A DNA stretch of 64,000 nucleotides, from the NCBI GenBank assembly GCA_036401215.1, contig DASWVN010000164.1, forward strand, positions 9,611 to 73,610, in the 5' to 3' direction. The DNA is from Vicinamibacterales bacterium. Its GTDB lineage: Bacteria > Acidobacteriota > Vicinamibacteria > Vicinamibacterales > 2-12-FULL-66-21. Position 1 is the stretch's first letter; each line of letters opens with the position of its first letter. Made by a program: the position numbers and the translations under genes. Under the pieces are notes generated by a model. That model saw only the letters and a list, made by a program, of their open reading frames with translations. It had not been told where the DNA came from and searched no databases. Positions 7,064-16,388 of this stretch are shown here, in pieces.

Positions 7064-9127
7064 TCACCAGAGCGGCTTCCCGTCGATGTACGACGGGACC
7101 TGCAGGTCGAAAAACTTCAGGACGGTCGGTGCGATGTCCATGATCGACGGCGTCGCGGTGAGGATCGGCGTGCTGGTGATCAACACGCCGGCCGTCGTGG
7201 CAAAGTCGTATCCGCCGTGATCGCCGCTCCACTTCTTCATGTTGTCGTAGACGATCCCCTGCGGCGAGCCTCCGAGCGTGGTCTGCCATGACACGCGGTA
7301 GCCGTCTTCCATGCCCACCTGGAGTTCCGCGGCGTTGCCGATGTACTCGCCGCTGTAGATGTCGTCGCGCTGGTAGACCGCGCGGATGATCGGGGATCCA
7401 TCCTCGGGATCCGTCATCGTGAGCAGCTTCGCGCTCAATTCGCCGGCGAGCGCCTTCGACTCCGCGCCCGGCGAGACGATCCCCTTCGACTCGCGTCCGC
7501 GAAGATTGAAGTAGATCTGCCCGAGCCCCATCGCGTAGGCGCGCGTCCGGCTCCAGTCGACGTTCTCCCAGAACTCCCCGCCGCCGAACAGGTCGTCGAG
7601 CTTCTTCTCGCCCGGCTGCTGCCCCTGCACGACCATGTAGCCCTGTTGCACGAGCCAGGTGTTCAGGTTCACCGCCTTGCGCCAGGAGTGAAATCCGTGG
7701 TCCGAGACGATCATCAGCTGCGTGCCGGGTTCGAGATGTTCGAGCACCTCCGCAATAAAGGTATCGGCACGACGGTAGATCTTCTCGATGGCGTCCCCGT
7801 GCCGCGCCACGAGTGCGGGATCGTGCATGGGGTGTTTCGGATCGCGCAGCCGCCACATCATGTGCTGGACCCGGTCGGTGGTCTCGATGACGCCGACGAG
7901 CACGTCCCACTGCCGCGAGTCGATGCGATCCAGGATCACCTGCGCGCGGTCGTCGAACGCCCGGTACGAGTCCTCCATGAACTGGTCTTCGTTCATGCGC
8001 CCTTCGTTGAGCGGCCACGTGGCTTCGGCCCAGCCGAGCGTCCGGTAGTATCCGAGCCGCTTGAACAGGTCGCCCGCGAATGATTCCGGATACGACATCG
8101 GCACCGGCGGATCATCGGGCTTCCAGTTGACGGGCGAGATGTACAACTGCAGCTCGTCGTCGGCGTTCATGAGCAGCATCTGCGCCATCCCGTGGATGCG
8201 GATCAGGAAGTTCACGCGGAACTCCAGGTCGATCCAGCGGCTGATCCGGCCCTGTTCGAGGTCGATCGTCTGGCCGCCGATCTCGACCGTAGCGCGTTTG
8301 CCGCTCCGGTTCCACCGGATCGTCAACGGCAGCTTGATGTCTTCCTTCGTCTCGAGTTCCGCGATCTCCTTGCGGTCCGCATCGCTGATCGCGGATCCCT
8401 TGGCCCTGAGCGCGAGAATCCGCTGACGGACGACCGGGTTCGGCGGACCGACCAGTTCCGTGCGCGCGACGTCGCCGTCCATGACGAGCCGCCGCAGGAT
8501 CCCGCCCATCTCCGTATTGCCTTCTTCGTAGCGGCTCAAGTCGGTCGCATAGAACGAAAACGTCCCCATCGTTCCGCGGATGTCGGGGAGCGGGAGCCCG
8601 GAGAGTAGCTCTCCGTTCAGCACTTCCTCGGGCGGGAAGGTGACCGGCACGGTGAGAATGCTGGACCTCACGCCCGCCTGTCCGGCGGTGACCCAGAACG
8701 ACGTGCCGCCGCGGGTGGAGATGATCTTCGGCCGCGAGGTCGGGATGTAGTTGAACAGGAACTTCGGCGCTTCGCGCGTGACCATCCCGAGATCCGGGAA
8801 GTAGGTGTTGGTGTCGCGCACCAGGAAGTCGTAGATGTTGTGCTTGCCCGCGTTCACGCCCGTCGCGAACGAGGCCCACGCGGTTGGCGATTCCGGTGAG
8901 TGGGTCGTCGACAGCGGATAGAGCCCGCCCTGATCCGAGAGCTTCCTGAACGTCGGCAGCCGGCCCTGGTCCATCCATTCGCGGACAAGGTCCGGATCCA
9001 TGCCGTCGAAGCCGATGATCACCAGCTTCTGCGAGTACTGGCTTGACGGTGGCGTCCGGCTGCACGCGACCAGCATCAGCGAGGCAGCTGCCGCCATCAC
9101 GGACGCAAACAGGAATCGCATGTTCAT
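7064..9127 (-). CDS. Alkaline-phosphatase-superfamily lipoprotein (type I phosphodiesterase / nucleotide pyrophosphatase-like)
   Basis: Lipobox LMLVAC, then GFDGMDP, THSPESPTAWASFATG and IVSDHGF metal/nucleophile motifs typical of the AP/NPP fold. Confidence 0.7.
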   Translation of the reverse strand: MNMRFLFASVMAAAASLMLVACSRTPPSSQYSQKLVIIGFDGMDPDLVREWMDQGRLPTFRKLSDQGGLYPLSTTHSPESPTAWASFATGVNAGKHNIYDFLVRDTNTYFPDLGMVTREAPKFLFNYIPTSRPKIISTRGGTSFWVTAGQAGVRSSILTVPVTFPPEEVLNGELLSGLPLPDIRGTMGTFSFYATDLSRYEEGNTEMGGILRRLVMDGDVARTELVGPPNPVVRQRILALRAKGSAISDADRKEIAELETKEDIKLPLTIRWNRSGKRATVEIGGQTIDLEQGRISRWIDLEFRVNFLIRIHGMAQMLLMNADDELQLYISPVNWKPDDPPVPMSYPESFAGDLFKRLGYYRTLGWAEATWPLNEGRMNEDQFMEDSYRAFDDRAQVILDRIDSRQWDVLVGVIETTDRVQHMMWRLRDPKHPMHDPALVARHGDAIEKIYRRADTFIAEVLEHLEPGTQLMIVSDHGFHSWRKAVNLNTWLVQQGYMVVQGQQPGEKKLDDLFGGGEFWENVDWSRTRAYAMGLGQIYFNLRGRESKGIVSPGAESKALAGELSAKLLTMTDPEDGSPIIRAVYQRDDIYSGEYIGNAAELQVGMEDGYRVSWQTTLGGSPQGIVYDNMKKWSGDHGGYDFATTAGVLITSTPILTATPSIMDIAPTVLKFFDLQVPSYIDGKPLW

Positions 9128-9155
9128 GGCGCGGCGCCCATTGTACCCTTCATAG

Positions 9156-9617
9156 ATGCGGGCGCTTGGCGTCGATTACGGCCGGCGGAGGATCGGTCTC
9201 GCGCTCTCGGATCCGAGCGGACTGCTGGCGCGGCCGTGGAAGACGATCGCCCGCGCCGGCAATCCTTCGCAGGTGGCGCACGCGATTGCGGCCGAAGTCC
9301 GGCAGCTCGAAGCAGAGGGTGAGCCGGTCGGCGTGATCGTCCTCGGCTATCCGCGGCGCTTGAGCGGCGCGCCGAACGAGCAGACCGGCAGCGTCGAGAC
9401 GCTTGCGGCGCAGCTGCGGACGGTCATCACGCTGCCGCTGGTCCTGCAGGACGAGCGTTTGAGCAGCCGCGAAGCCGAGTCCCTGCTGGCGCGGCGTGAG
9501 AAGGACTGGCGAAAACGCAAGGCGCAGCTGGATGCGATGGCTGCGGCAGTCATCCTGCAGGACTACCTTGACGAGACCGCCCGCCCGAACGCGGGCCCGG
9601 AGGGTATCGATACGTGA
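9156..9617 (+). CDS. ruvX: Holliday-junction resolvase-like pre-16S rRNA nuclease RuvX/YqgF
   Basis: MRALGVDYGRRRIGLALSD..., the YqgF signature. Followed by mltG as in many bacteria. Confidence 0.88.
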   Translation: MRALGVDYGRRRIGLALSDPSGLLARPWKTIARAGNPSQVAHAIAAEVRQLEAEGEPVGVIVLGYPRRLSGAPNEQTGSVETLAAQLRTVITLPLVLQDERLSSREAESLLARREKDWRKRKAQLDAMAAAVILQDYLDETARPNAGPEGIDT

Positions 9618-10636
9618 AGCGGATCATTCTGTGGGGCGTGCTCGCGCTCGTCGTAGCCGTCGCGGCGGGAGCGGCATGGTTCTATACGAGTCTCGAACGG
9701 CCGTACAAGGGCTACGCGGAGGCGGAGACGTTCGTCGAAATTCCGTCCGGAACGGGCACCGCGGCGATGGCCCGTCGTCTGGCCGAGGCCGGGGTCGTCC
9801 GTTCTCCTGAGATCTTCCGCGCCGCGGTCTGGGCGCGCGGGGATTCCCGCCGCCTGCAGGCAGGGGAGTATCGCTTCGACCGGCCGATGTCGCCGGCCGA
9901 AGTCGTCGACAAGATCGCGCGCGGTGACGTTTACGTGCGTTCGTTGACGTTTCGGGAAGGGCTGACGATTCGGGAGAAGGCGAAGATCTTCGAGGACGCG
10001 GGCTTCGGTTCAGCGGCCGACTTCATCGCCGCGGCGAACAACGCGGACCTCGTCAAGGGATTCGACCCGGCCGCGAAGGACCTCGAGGGCTATCTCTTCC
10101 CCGACACCTACACGCTGCCGCGGACAGTGACCGCGGCGCAACTGATCGAACGCATGGTGGCCCGCTTCGAGAAGGTGCTCACGCCGGAGTTGCGCGAGCA
10201 GGCGGCGGCGCGCGGCCTGAACGTGCGCGAACTGGTCACGCTGGCCTCGCTGGTCGAGAAAGAAACCGCCAAGCCCGAGGAGCGCCCGATCGTTGCGGGC
10301 GTCTACACGAACCGGCTCAGGATCGGGATGGGCCTGCAGTGCGATCCGACCGTCATCTACGCGCTCATGCTCGAGGGCCGCTACGACGGCAACATTCGCC
10401 GCGCCGATCTCCAGATCGACAATCCGTACAACACCTACCGCTACGCCGGTCTGCCGCCCGGTCCCATCGCTGCTCCCGGCGCCGCGTCCCTGCACGCCGC
10501 CGCGAACCCGGCCGACGTCCCCTATCTCTACTTCGTCAGCCGCAACGACGGCTCACACGTCTTCTCGAAGACCCTCGACGAGCACAATCGGAACGTCTAC
10601 GACTATCAGATTCGGCGGCGCCCCTCGCCGCAGTGA
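9614..10636 (+). CDS. mltG: Endolytic murein transglycosylase MltG (YceG-like)
   Basis: N-terminal TM helix. YceG motifs LASLVEKET, AGVYTNRLRIGMGLQCDPTVIY, YNTYRYAGLPPGPIAAPG. 4-nt overlap with ruvX. Confidence 0.9.
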   Translation: MKRIILWGVLALVVAVAAGAAWFYTSLERPYKGYAEAETFVEIPSGTGTAAMARRLAEAGVVRSPEIFRAAVWARGDSRRLQAGEYRFDRPMSPAEVVDKIARGDVYVRSLTFREGLTIREKAKIFEDAGFGSAADFIAAANNADLVKGFDPAAKDLEGYLFPDTYTLPRTVTAAQLIERMVARFEKVLTPELREQAAARGLNVRELVTLASLVEKETAKPEERPIVAGVYTNRLRIGMGLQCDPTVIYALMLEGRYDGNIRRADLQIDNPYNTYRYAGLPPGPIAAPGAASLHAAANPADVPYLYFVSRNDGSHVFSKTLDEHNRNVYDYQIRRRPSPQ

Positions 10637-10637
10637 C

Positions 10638-11028
10638 GTCCGGCTTCCGGTTTTCGGCCTGCTGGGGGTTCATTGACCGCTGTTGCCGCGGCACACCGGT
10701 GGGCAGCGGTCGGCGGCCGGGGCGGCTGTCACGGGCCGACGGCTGTCGGCACTAAGAACACGAAGAACACAAGGGCCACGAAGAAGAGCACGACGCTTTT
10801 GGGTTGCTTCCGGTCACGTCGGACACTGGCTTCGGTTGAAAAACCAGCCGTGGTCATTCACCAGACAAACCAAAAGCTTCGTGATCTTCCTTAGTGTTCG
10901 TTGTGTTCTTTGTGGCCATCGTGCCCAAAAGCGTCGGCCCGTGCAGGCCAATCGACTTTGAGCTTGCAGCCCGTGCTGGCCGAAAGCCGGAAGCCGAGAG
11001 CCGGAACCCGGAAGCCGAACTCCGAATC
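10638..11028. repeat. ~390-nt composite imperfect palindrome filling the mltG / TonB-receptor convergent spacer
   Basis: The outer arms CGGCTTCCGGTTTTCGGCC (10641-10659) and 10978-10996 match 18/19 as a reverse complement. Middle pairing runs GTCACGGGCCGAC / GTCGGCCCGTG. The GAACAC-unit arms lie at about 10750-10790 and 10889-10918. Inner pairing runs GCTTTTGGGTTG / CAAACCAAAAGC. Confidence 0.8.
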
Positions 11029-11034
11029 ACGCGA

Positions 11035-13248
11035 TCAGAACCGGAACCCCAAGGTGAGACTCCCGGACCTGCCAGGCGCATATACCCACCGGTTGTCCGG
11101 GCTCGCGTAGTAGTCGTCGTCGAGCAGATTGCGGACGATGCCGCGGAGTTCGAGGCTGCGGTTGAAGCGCCAGCCGGCGCTCAGGTCGATGACGGTGGAT
11201 CCCGGCGCTTCGATTTCACTCGGGCCCGGACGATCGTCGTCGGCCGTGAACGACGCGCGCGCTTGAGTCCAGAGACGCTCGGTGAAAGTCTTTCTTGCGA
11301 GGACGAACACCGTGTCGGCCGAGATGTCGTCGAGTGGCTGGTCGTCGTCGAGCGCCTTGCCCCGGCTGATGTTGAGCCCGGCCTCGACGGCAAGGCCGCG
11401 TCCCAGATCGCTGCGTGCCTCGAGTTCGAAGCCGCGGACCTGTGCACGGCCGCGGTTGCGGAAGAAGAAGAAGTCCTCCTCAGCCTGATAACGCTCGACC
11501 AGGTCGGTGATCCGGTAGTGATAGACGTAGGCGCCGAACTGCGTGCGGCCGAGCGTGTAGTGCGTGGCGAAATCGAACTGCAGGCTCGTCTCGGGATCGA
11601 GGTCCGGGTTGCCGGTGATGAAGCCGCGCCCCGACGGTCCGCGGAAGTAGCGGTCCGACAATGTGGGATCGCGGAACCCGCGTGAGACCTGGCCGGTGAA
11701 GCTGAGCCCGCTGAACGGGCCGACGGTTACCGCGCCGAAACCCGAAAACGCTCCGTTCGACGTGTCACGGTCCCCGAAGAATCCACCCACGTTCTTCGTC
11801 GTGACCCGATCGCCGCGGACGCCGGCAGAGAGGCGCAGGATCTCCGAGGCTGCGAGGTCTCCCTGGGCATAGACGCCCAGATCGACTTTCCGCGCCGAGT
11901 CGACCGACAGATTGTTCTCTTCCTCGATGAGTGAGCCGTCGGTCGCATACAGGATGTTCGTGTCGATGGCTTCGAGGCCGTAGCGGCCGTTCACGTCCAC
12001 ACCGAACTCGAGACGAGCGCGGGCGAGATTGCGCGTACCGCTCGCCTTGACGTGAAAGTCCTTCGCGCTGACGTCAGCGCGTTCGATGCTCCGCCCACTC
12101 GTCGCCGTCGCGAAGCGGTCCTGGTCGGTCCGTTGGTCGAAAGTCCCGACGAAGCCGGTGATCGTCAACTGCTGGAGACCCGCGACGCCCGCGACCTCAT
12201 ACGACGTGGTCATCCGGTGCGAATTTTCGTAGGGATAGTAGAAGCGAACGGTTCGCGAGTTGTTCCGCGGACGTTCGATGTCGCGGCCGAAATCGCTCTG
12301 CCACCCGGCCGAGAACAACCCTGGCCCGAGCTGATGGTCGAAGCGCGTCAGGAAGCCGCGATCTTCCCAGCCAGAATTGAAAACGCGCTCGTCGCTCACC
12401 GGGCTGGCCCAATCGTCGGCTTCGCGAGCGCGTCCCTGAAAGAGGATGCCGCCACGCTCGAAGCCCTGGGACACTTCGACTGTCCCACGGCGTTGAGGGA
12501 TGCCACCGCCCCAGGTGCCGCTGCCGCTGATGCGGAGGGGCGTTCCGGGCTGGGCGCGGCGCGTTCGCACAGACACGACGCCGCCGAGCGCGTCGGAGCC
12601 GTAGGCTACCGAACCTGGACCGCGCGCGACGTCGATTCGCTCGAACGACGCCGGGTCGGCGAACGTCGCGCTGGGTCCGACGCGGCGCTCCGACGTGACC
12701 CTGCCGCCATCGATCAGGACGAGCGTCCGTCCGCGCGCCAGACCACGGATCGCCGGCACGGTGGCGTGCCCCTCGGAAACGACGTTCACGCCCGGGACGG
12801 TTTCGAGCGCCTGCATGAGGTTCTCGGGCAGCCGGCTCGAAATCTGCGTGGTCGACATCATCGTCGCGGCAGAGGCCGCGGAGGATGTGATGCTCGGCGC
12901 CGAGCCAATGACCGTGATGGATTCTTCTTCGAACGGTGTGATGCGAATATCCGTGGGCTCGCCCGTCAACGTCGTCACGTCGACGGGCTGAGTCACGGCG
13001 CCGCCGGGGAGCACGACCACGATCTGGAAGGGCACGGCGGGTGGAGGGCCCCACGTGAACCTGCCGTCAGCATCGGTCCGCGCGGTCGCGGAGAAGCCTG
13101 GAATCGTGACCGTCGCCCCGGCGATCGGTTTGCCGGTCTCGGAGTCGATGACCCGACCGGCGAATGGTTGTTGAGCGTCGGTCAGGGTGGCGGCAGGTCC
13201 GAGGCAGGCCGCGACGACGATGACGAGCACCGAGGCAATCCGGAGCAT
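11035..13248 (-). CDS. TonB-dependent receptor with N-terminal carboxypeptidase-regulatory-like domain
   Basis: Signal peptide; GRVIDSETGKPIAGATVTIPG (CarbopepD_reg-like); plug motifs (IRGLARGRTLVLIDG); beta-barrel ending in LTLGFRF. Confidence 0.85.
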   Translation of the reverse strand: MLRIASVLVIVVAACLGPAATLTDAQQPFAGRVIDSETGKPIAGATVTIPGFSATARTDADGRFTWGPPPAVPFQIVVVLPGGAVTQPVDVTTLTGEPTDIRITPFEEESITVIGSAPSITSSAASAATMMSTTQISSRLPENLMQALETVPGVNVVSEGHATVPAIRGLARGRTLVLIDGGRVTSERRVGPSATFADPASFERIDVARGPGSVAYGSDALGGVVSVRTRRAQPGTPLRISGSGTWGGGIPQRRGTVEVSQGFERGGILFQGRAREADDWASPVSDERVFNSGWEDRGFLTRFDHQLGPGLFSAGWQSDFGRDIERPRNNSRTVRFYYPYENSHRMTTSYEVAGVAGLQQLTITGFVGTFDQRTDQDRFATATSGRSIERADVSAKDFHVKASGTRNLARARLEFGVDVNGRYGLEAIDTNILYATDGSLIEEENNLSVDSARKVDLGVYAQGDLAASEILRLSAGVRGDRVTTKNVGGFFGDRDTSNGAFSGFGAVTVGPFSGLSFTGQVSRGFRDPTLSDRYFRGPSGRGFITGNPDLDPETSLQFDFATHYTLGRTQFGAYVYHYRITDLVERYQAEEDFFFFRNRGRAQVRGFELEARSDLGRGLAVEAGLNISRGKALDDDQPLDDISADTVFVLARKTFTERLWTQARASFTADDDRPGPSEIEAPGSTVIDLSAGWRFNRSLELRGIVRNLLDDDYYASPDNRWVYAPGRSGSLTLGFRF

Positions 13249-13294
13249 CCAAAAAGCGTGTACGGATCAGGTTTCTACTACCAGCCTGCGTAGC

Positions 13295-14179
13295 TCAGCG
13301 CTCGCTCCACTTGAGCTTCTCGCGAAGCACGTCGAAGTAGGTGCGCGACGGCGCCCGGATCAGCCGGACAGGACGGAGGCCGCGCTGCACGAGCACGTAG
13401 TCATCGGGCAGCAGCGGATGGCCCGATTGGCCGTCAAGGGTGACGTATAGCTCGTCGTTCGACGAGTTCGCCGCCGGCTGCACCCGGATCTCCGAATCCG
13501 CCGGGACGACGATCGGCCGGTTCGTGAGCATGTGCGGCGCGATAGGTGTGAGGAGCAGCGCGTCGACCCCGGGATGGACGATGGGGCCTCCCGCCGCGAG
13601 GTTGTAGGCGGTCGATCCGGTCGGAGTCGCGATGATGAGCCCGTCGGCGCGGACCCGCATCACCGGTTGTGCGCCGATCGCGACCGACAGATCGATGATC
13701 CGCGACAACGCACCCCTGGTGATGACGACGTCATTGAGCGCGAGCCGATCGGAGAAGACCTCGCCGCCGCGCATCGTCTGCGCACGCAACATCAGCCGCG
13801 GTTCGATCGAAGCCGTGCCCTCCAGCACCGACCCGAGCGCCTCGAACATCTCCGGCAGCGTGATCTCGGTGAGAAATCCCAGGCTGCCGAAATTGACGCC
13901 GAGAATCGGGATATCGACCCCGGCATTCGCGATGCGATCGGCCATGCCGATCAGCGTGCCATCGCCGCCAAGCACGACGACGAGATCGCAGGCGTTTGGC
14001 AGGTCGTCGCGGCTGCAGGTCGGCCGGTCGGCCGGGAGGCCAACCATGAGAGCGGTCTCGCTGTCGAAGATCGGCCGCACGCCGCGCGCTTCGAGCCATC
14101 CCGCCAGCTCCGCGACGATCCCGGCCGCTTCGGCGAGCCGCGTCTTCGCGACGATCCCCACTCGCTGTACATTGGACAT
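13295..14179 (-). CDS. nadK: NAD kinase
   Basis: The VVVLGGDGTL motif and an overall PpnK-like sequence. Confidence 0.9.
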   Translation of the reverse strand: MSNVQRVGIVAKTRLAEAAGIVAELAGWLEARGVRPIFDSETALMVGLPADRPTCSRDDLPNACDLVVVLGGDGTLIGMADRIANAGVDIPILGVNFGSLGFLTEITLPEMFEALGSVLEGTASIEPRLMLRAQTMRGGEVFSDRLALNDVVITRGALSRIIDLSVAIGAQPVMRVRADGLIIATPTGSTAYNLAAGGPIVHPGVDALLLTPIAPHMLTNRPIVVPADSEIRVQPAANSSNDELYVTLDGQSGHPLLPDDYVLVQRGLRPVRLIRAPSRTYFDVLREKLKWSER

Positions 14180-14192
14180 CCGTGTTCGATCC

Positions 14193-14954
14193 TCAGGGCA
14201 TGTGATGACGGAGGTGGAGCAGGAATTCGCGGTTGCCCTCCATCCCGGTCACGGGCGAGTCCACGAGCCCGGCGCGCGACAATCCTAGCGCATCGGCCGC
14301 CGCGGTCACCTCGGTGACGACGCGTGCATGGACGGCGGGGTCGCGAATGATCCCGCCCTTGCCGACCTCCTCGCGCCGCGCTTCGAACTGCGGCTTGACC
14401 AGCGCGACGACGTCCCCTGTGCGTTCCAGGAGTGCAGGCACGACGGGCAGGATGTGGCGAAGGGAGATGAACGAGACGTCGATCGTCACGACCCCGAAGA
14501 TCCTCGCGGCAGGAGGCAGGTCGTCGGGCGTCAGCGTCCGTGCGTTGACCCGCTCCATCACGATCACCCGTGGATCGTTGCGGATCTTCCAATCGAGCTG
14601 GCCGTGGCCGACGTCGAGCGCGACGACTGTTGCGGCGCCGCGCTGAAGGACGACGTCGGTGAAGCCGCCGGTCGACGCCCCGATGTCGAGCGCCGTCCGT
14701 CCGGTCACGTCGATGCGAAAGGCGTCGAGCGCATGCGCGAGCTTGAGACCGCCGCGGCTGACATACGGATGATCCGGCGCGGCGAGTGCGATGTCGGCGT
14801 CGGTCGGGACGGATGCGCCGGCCTTCGACACGACCTGTCCGTCGACGCGGACGCCGCCGGCAAGGATCAACGCCTGCGCACGGTCCCGAGAGGCCGCGAG
14901 ACCACGCTCGACGAGCAGCACGTCGAGCCGTGTCTTCTCCTTCCGGCCGGCCAC
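14193..14954 (-). CDS. tlyA: TlyA-family rRNA 2'-O-methyltransferase (hemolysin A-like)
   Basis: The ORF track frame is 14193..15236. I trim it to the GTG at 14954 (VAGRKEKTRLDVLLVERGLAASRDRAQALILAGGVRVDG, an S4 domain), because the upstream part overlaps ispA. FtsJ-like LDIGASTGGFTD motif. Confidence 0.85.
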   Translation of the reverse strand: MAGRKEKTRLDVLLVERGLAASRDRAQALILAGGVRVDGQVVSKAGASVPTDADIALAAPDHPYVSRGGLKLAHALDAFRIDVTGRTALDIGASTGGFTDVVLQRGAATVVALDVGHGQLDWKIRNDPRVIVMERVNARTLTPDDLPPAARIFGVVTIDVSFISLRHILPVVPALLERTGDVVALVKPQFEARREEVGKGGIIRDPAVHARVVTEVTAAADALGLSRAGLVDSPVTGMEGNREFLLHLRHHMP

Positions 14955-14961
14955 CAGCGTG

Positions 14962-15906
14962 TCAACTCTGACGCCGTACGACCCAGTGCGCCAGGGCCGG
15001 CAGCTGTCCCGAGAGACCTTCGGCCCCGAGCGCCGCGATCGCGCGATCGACGCATTCCGCCGCGAGTCGTTTGGAGCCGTCGAGTCCGTACAGCGCGGGA
15101 TAGGTCGGTTTGCCCGCGGCGGCGTCTTTGCCGGCGGTCTTGCCCAGGTCCGCCGACGCCCCTTCCACGTCGAGGATGTCGTCGACGATCTGGAACGCGA
15201 GGCCGATCTGACCGCCGTATTCCGCGATTGCCGCACATTGCGCGACGGTGGCGCCGGCCATCGCGGCGCCGGCGAGCGCCGAGGCCCGGATCAACGCCCC
15301 CGTCTTGCGCGCGTGCATGTCGCGCAGAGCCGCCTCCTCGAGAGCCGTCCTGTCCTCCGCGGCCGCGAGGTCGATCGCCTGCCCTCCGACCATCCCCGAG
15401 GCGCCGGCCGCTTCCGCGACCAGGCCGATCGCCACGATCTTGCGCTGCGCCAGCTCCTCGGAAGAAATTGCGCCCGACGCCCGCGGCTCGCGCGCGAGCA
15501 GCGCGAACGCTTCGGTCAGCAGGGCATCGCCGGCGAGGATCGCCAGCCCTTCTCCAAAGACGACGTGCGCGGTCGGGCGTCCGCGCCGAAGAACGTCGTT
15601 GTCCATCGCCGGCAGGTCGTCGTGCACGAGCGAGTAGGTGTGGATCAACTCGAGGGCGCACGCACAGGGCAGGGTCAGCTTGCGAACCGCCCCGGGGTCG
15701 CCGGAACCGGCGACCGCTATGGCTTCGGCGGCGGCGAGGGCGAGCAGCGGACGCAGGCGCTTGCCCCCGGCGAGCAGGCTGTATCGCATCGCTTCCCAGA
15801 CGCGAGCCGGTTCGCGCTCCTTCGGCACGAAGCGCTCGAGCGCGGCGTCCACCTCTTGCCGGTTGGTTTCGATCCAGGCCTGGAGTTCGCTCGTCGTGCT
15901 GTTCAC
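14962..15906 (-). CDS. ispA: Polyprenyl (farnesyl/geranylgeranyl) diphosphate synthase
   Basis: The two aspartate-rich motifs LIHTYSLVHDDLPAMD and FQIVDDILD. Confidence 0.9.
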   Translation of the reverse strand: MNSTTSELQAWIETNRQEVDAALERFVPKEREPARVWEAMRYSLLAGGKRLRPLLALAAAEAIAVAGSGDPGAVRKLTLPCACALELIHTYSLVHDDLPAMDNDVLRRGRPTAHVVFGEGLAILAGDALLTEAFALLAREPRASGAISSEELAQRKIVAIGLVAEAAGASGMVGGQAIDLAAAEDRTALEEAALRDMHARKTGALIRASALAGAAMAGATVAQCAAIAEYGGQIGLAFQIVDDILDVEGASADLGKTAGKDAAAGKPTYPALYGLDGSKRLAAECVDRAIAALGAEGLSGQLPALAHWVVRRQS

Positions 15907-16202
15907 CGGCGCCGCTCGCTCTCCTCCGCCTCCGCCCCTGCGGGGCTGCGGCGCGACGAGTCGTCGGTCTGCCCGAGCAATGACGGCGCCGGACGAAGCT
16001 CGCCGCGCTCGTTCAGCAGCTCGATCCTCCGTTCGGCCGATTCGAGAGTCGAATGGCAGAAGCGGGAGAGCTGCAGTCCGCGCTCGTAGAGTTCCATCGA
16101 GGTCTCCAGCGAGAGGTCGCCTTCCTCCATCTTGCGCACGATGCCATCGAGTTCGGCGAGCGCCGATTCGAAGTCCTTGATCGTTGGGTCCATTGGGTCC
16201 AT
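15903..16202 (-). CDS. xseB: Exodeoxyribonuclease VII small subunit
   Basis: FESALAELDGIVRKMEEGDLSLETSMELYERG, typical XseB. 4-nt overlap with ispA. Confidence 0.88.
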   Translation of the reverse strand: MDPMDPTIKDFESALAELDGIVRKMEEGDLSLETSMELYERGLQLSRFCHSTLESAERRIELLNERGELRPAPSLLGQTDDSSRRSPAGAEAEESERRR

Positions 16203-16229
16203 CCTTACGTCCTTCCCACCCGGATATAC

Positions 16230-16291
16230 CAGCTACTGATCCTGCCCGTTACAGCTGTCCCAGCTACTGATCCTGCCCGTTACAGCTGTCC
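16230..16291. repeat. Perfect 31-bp tandem duplication
   Basis: CAGCTACTGATCCTGCCCGTTACAGCTGTCC occurs at 16230-16260 and again at 16261-16291. Confidence 0.95.
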
Positions 16292-16388
16292 CAACGCCTC
16301 ACCGCAGAGAACGCCGGGGACGCAGAGACGTGTCTGTTGGCAGGCCGGGATTGCCTGACGCCGGAGTCAGTTTCTGGAGAGACGCTGA

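Noticed and set aside
10673-11110. Small ORFs (69-138 aa) in the mltG / TonB-receptor spacer.
   Set aside because: They read through the composite palindrome (TKNTKNTRATKK and PEAESRNPEAE repeat peptides). There are no ribosome-binding sites.
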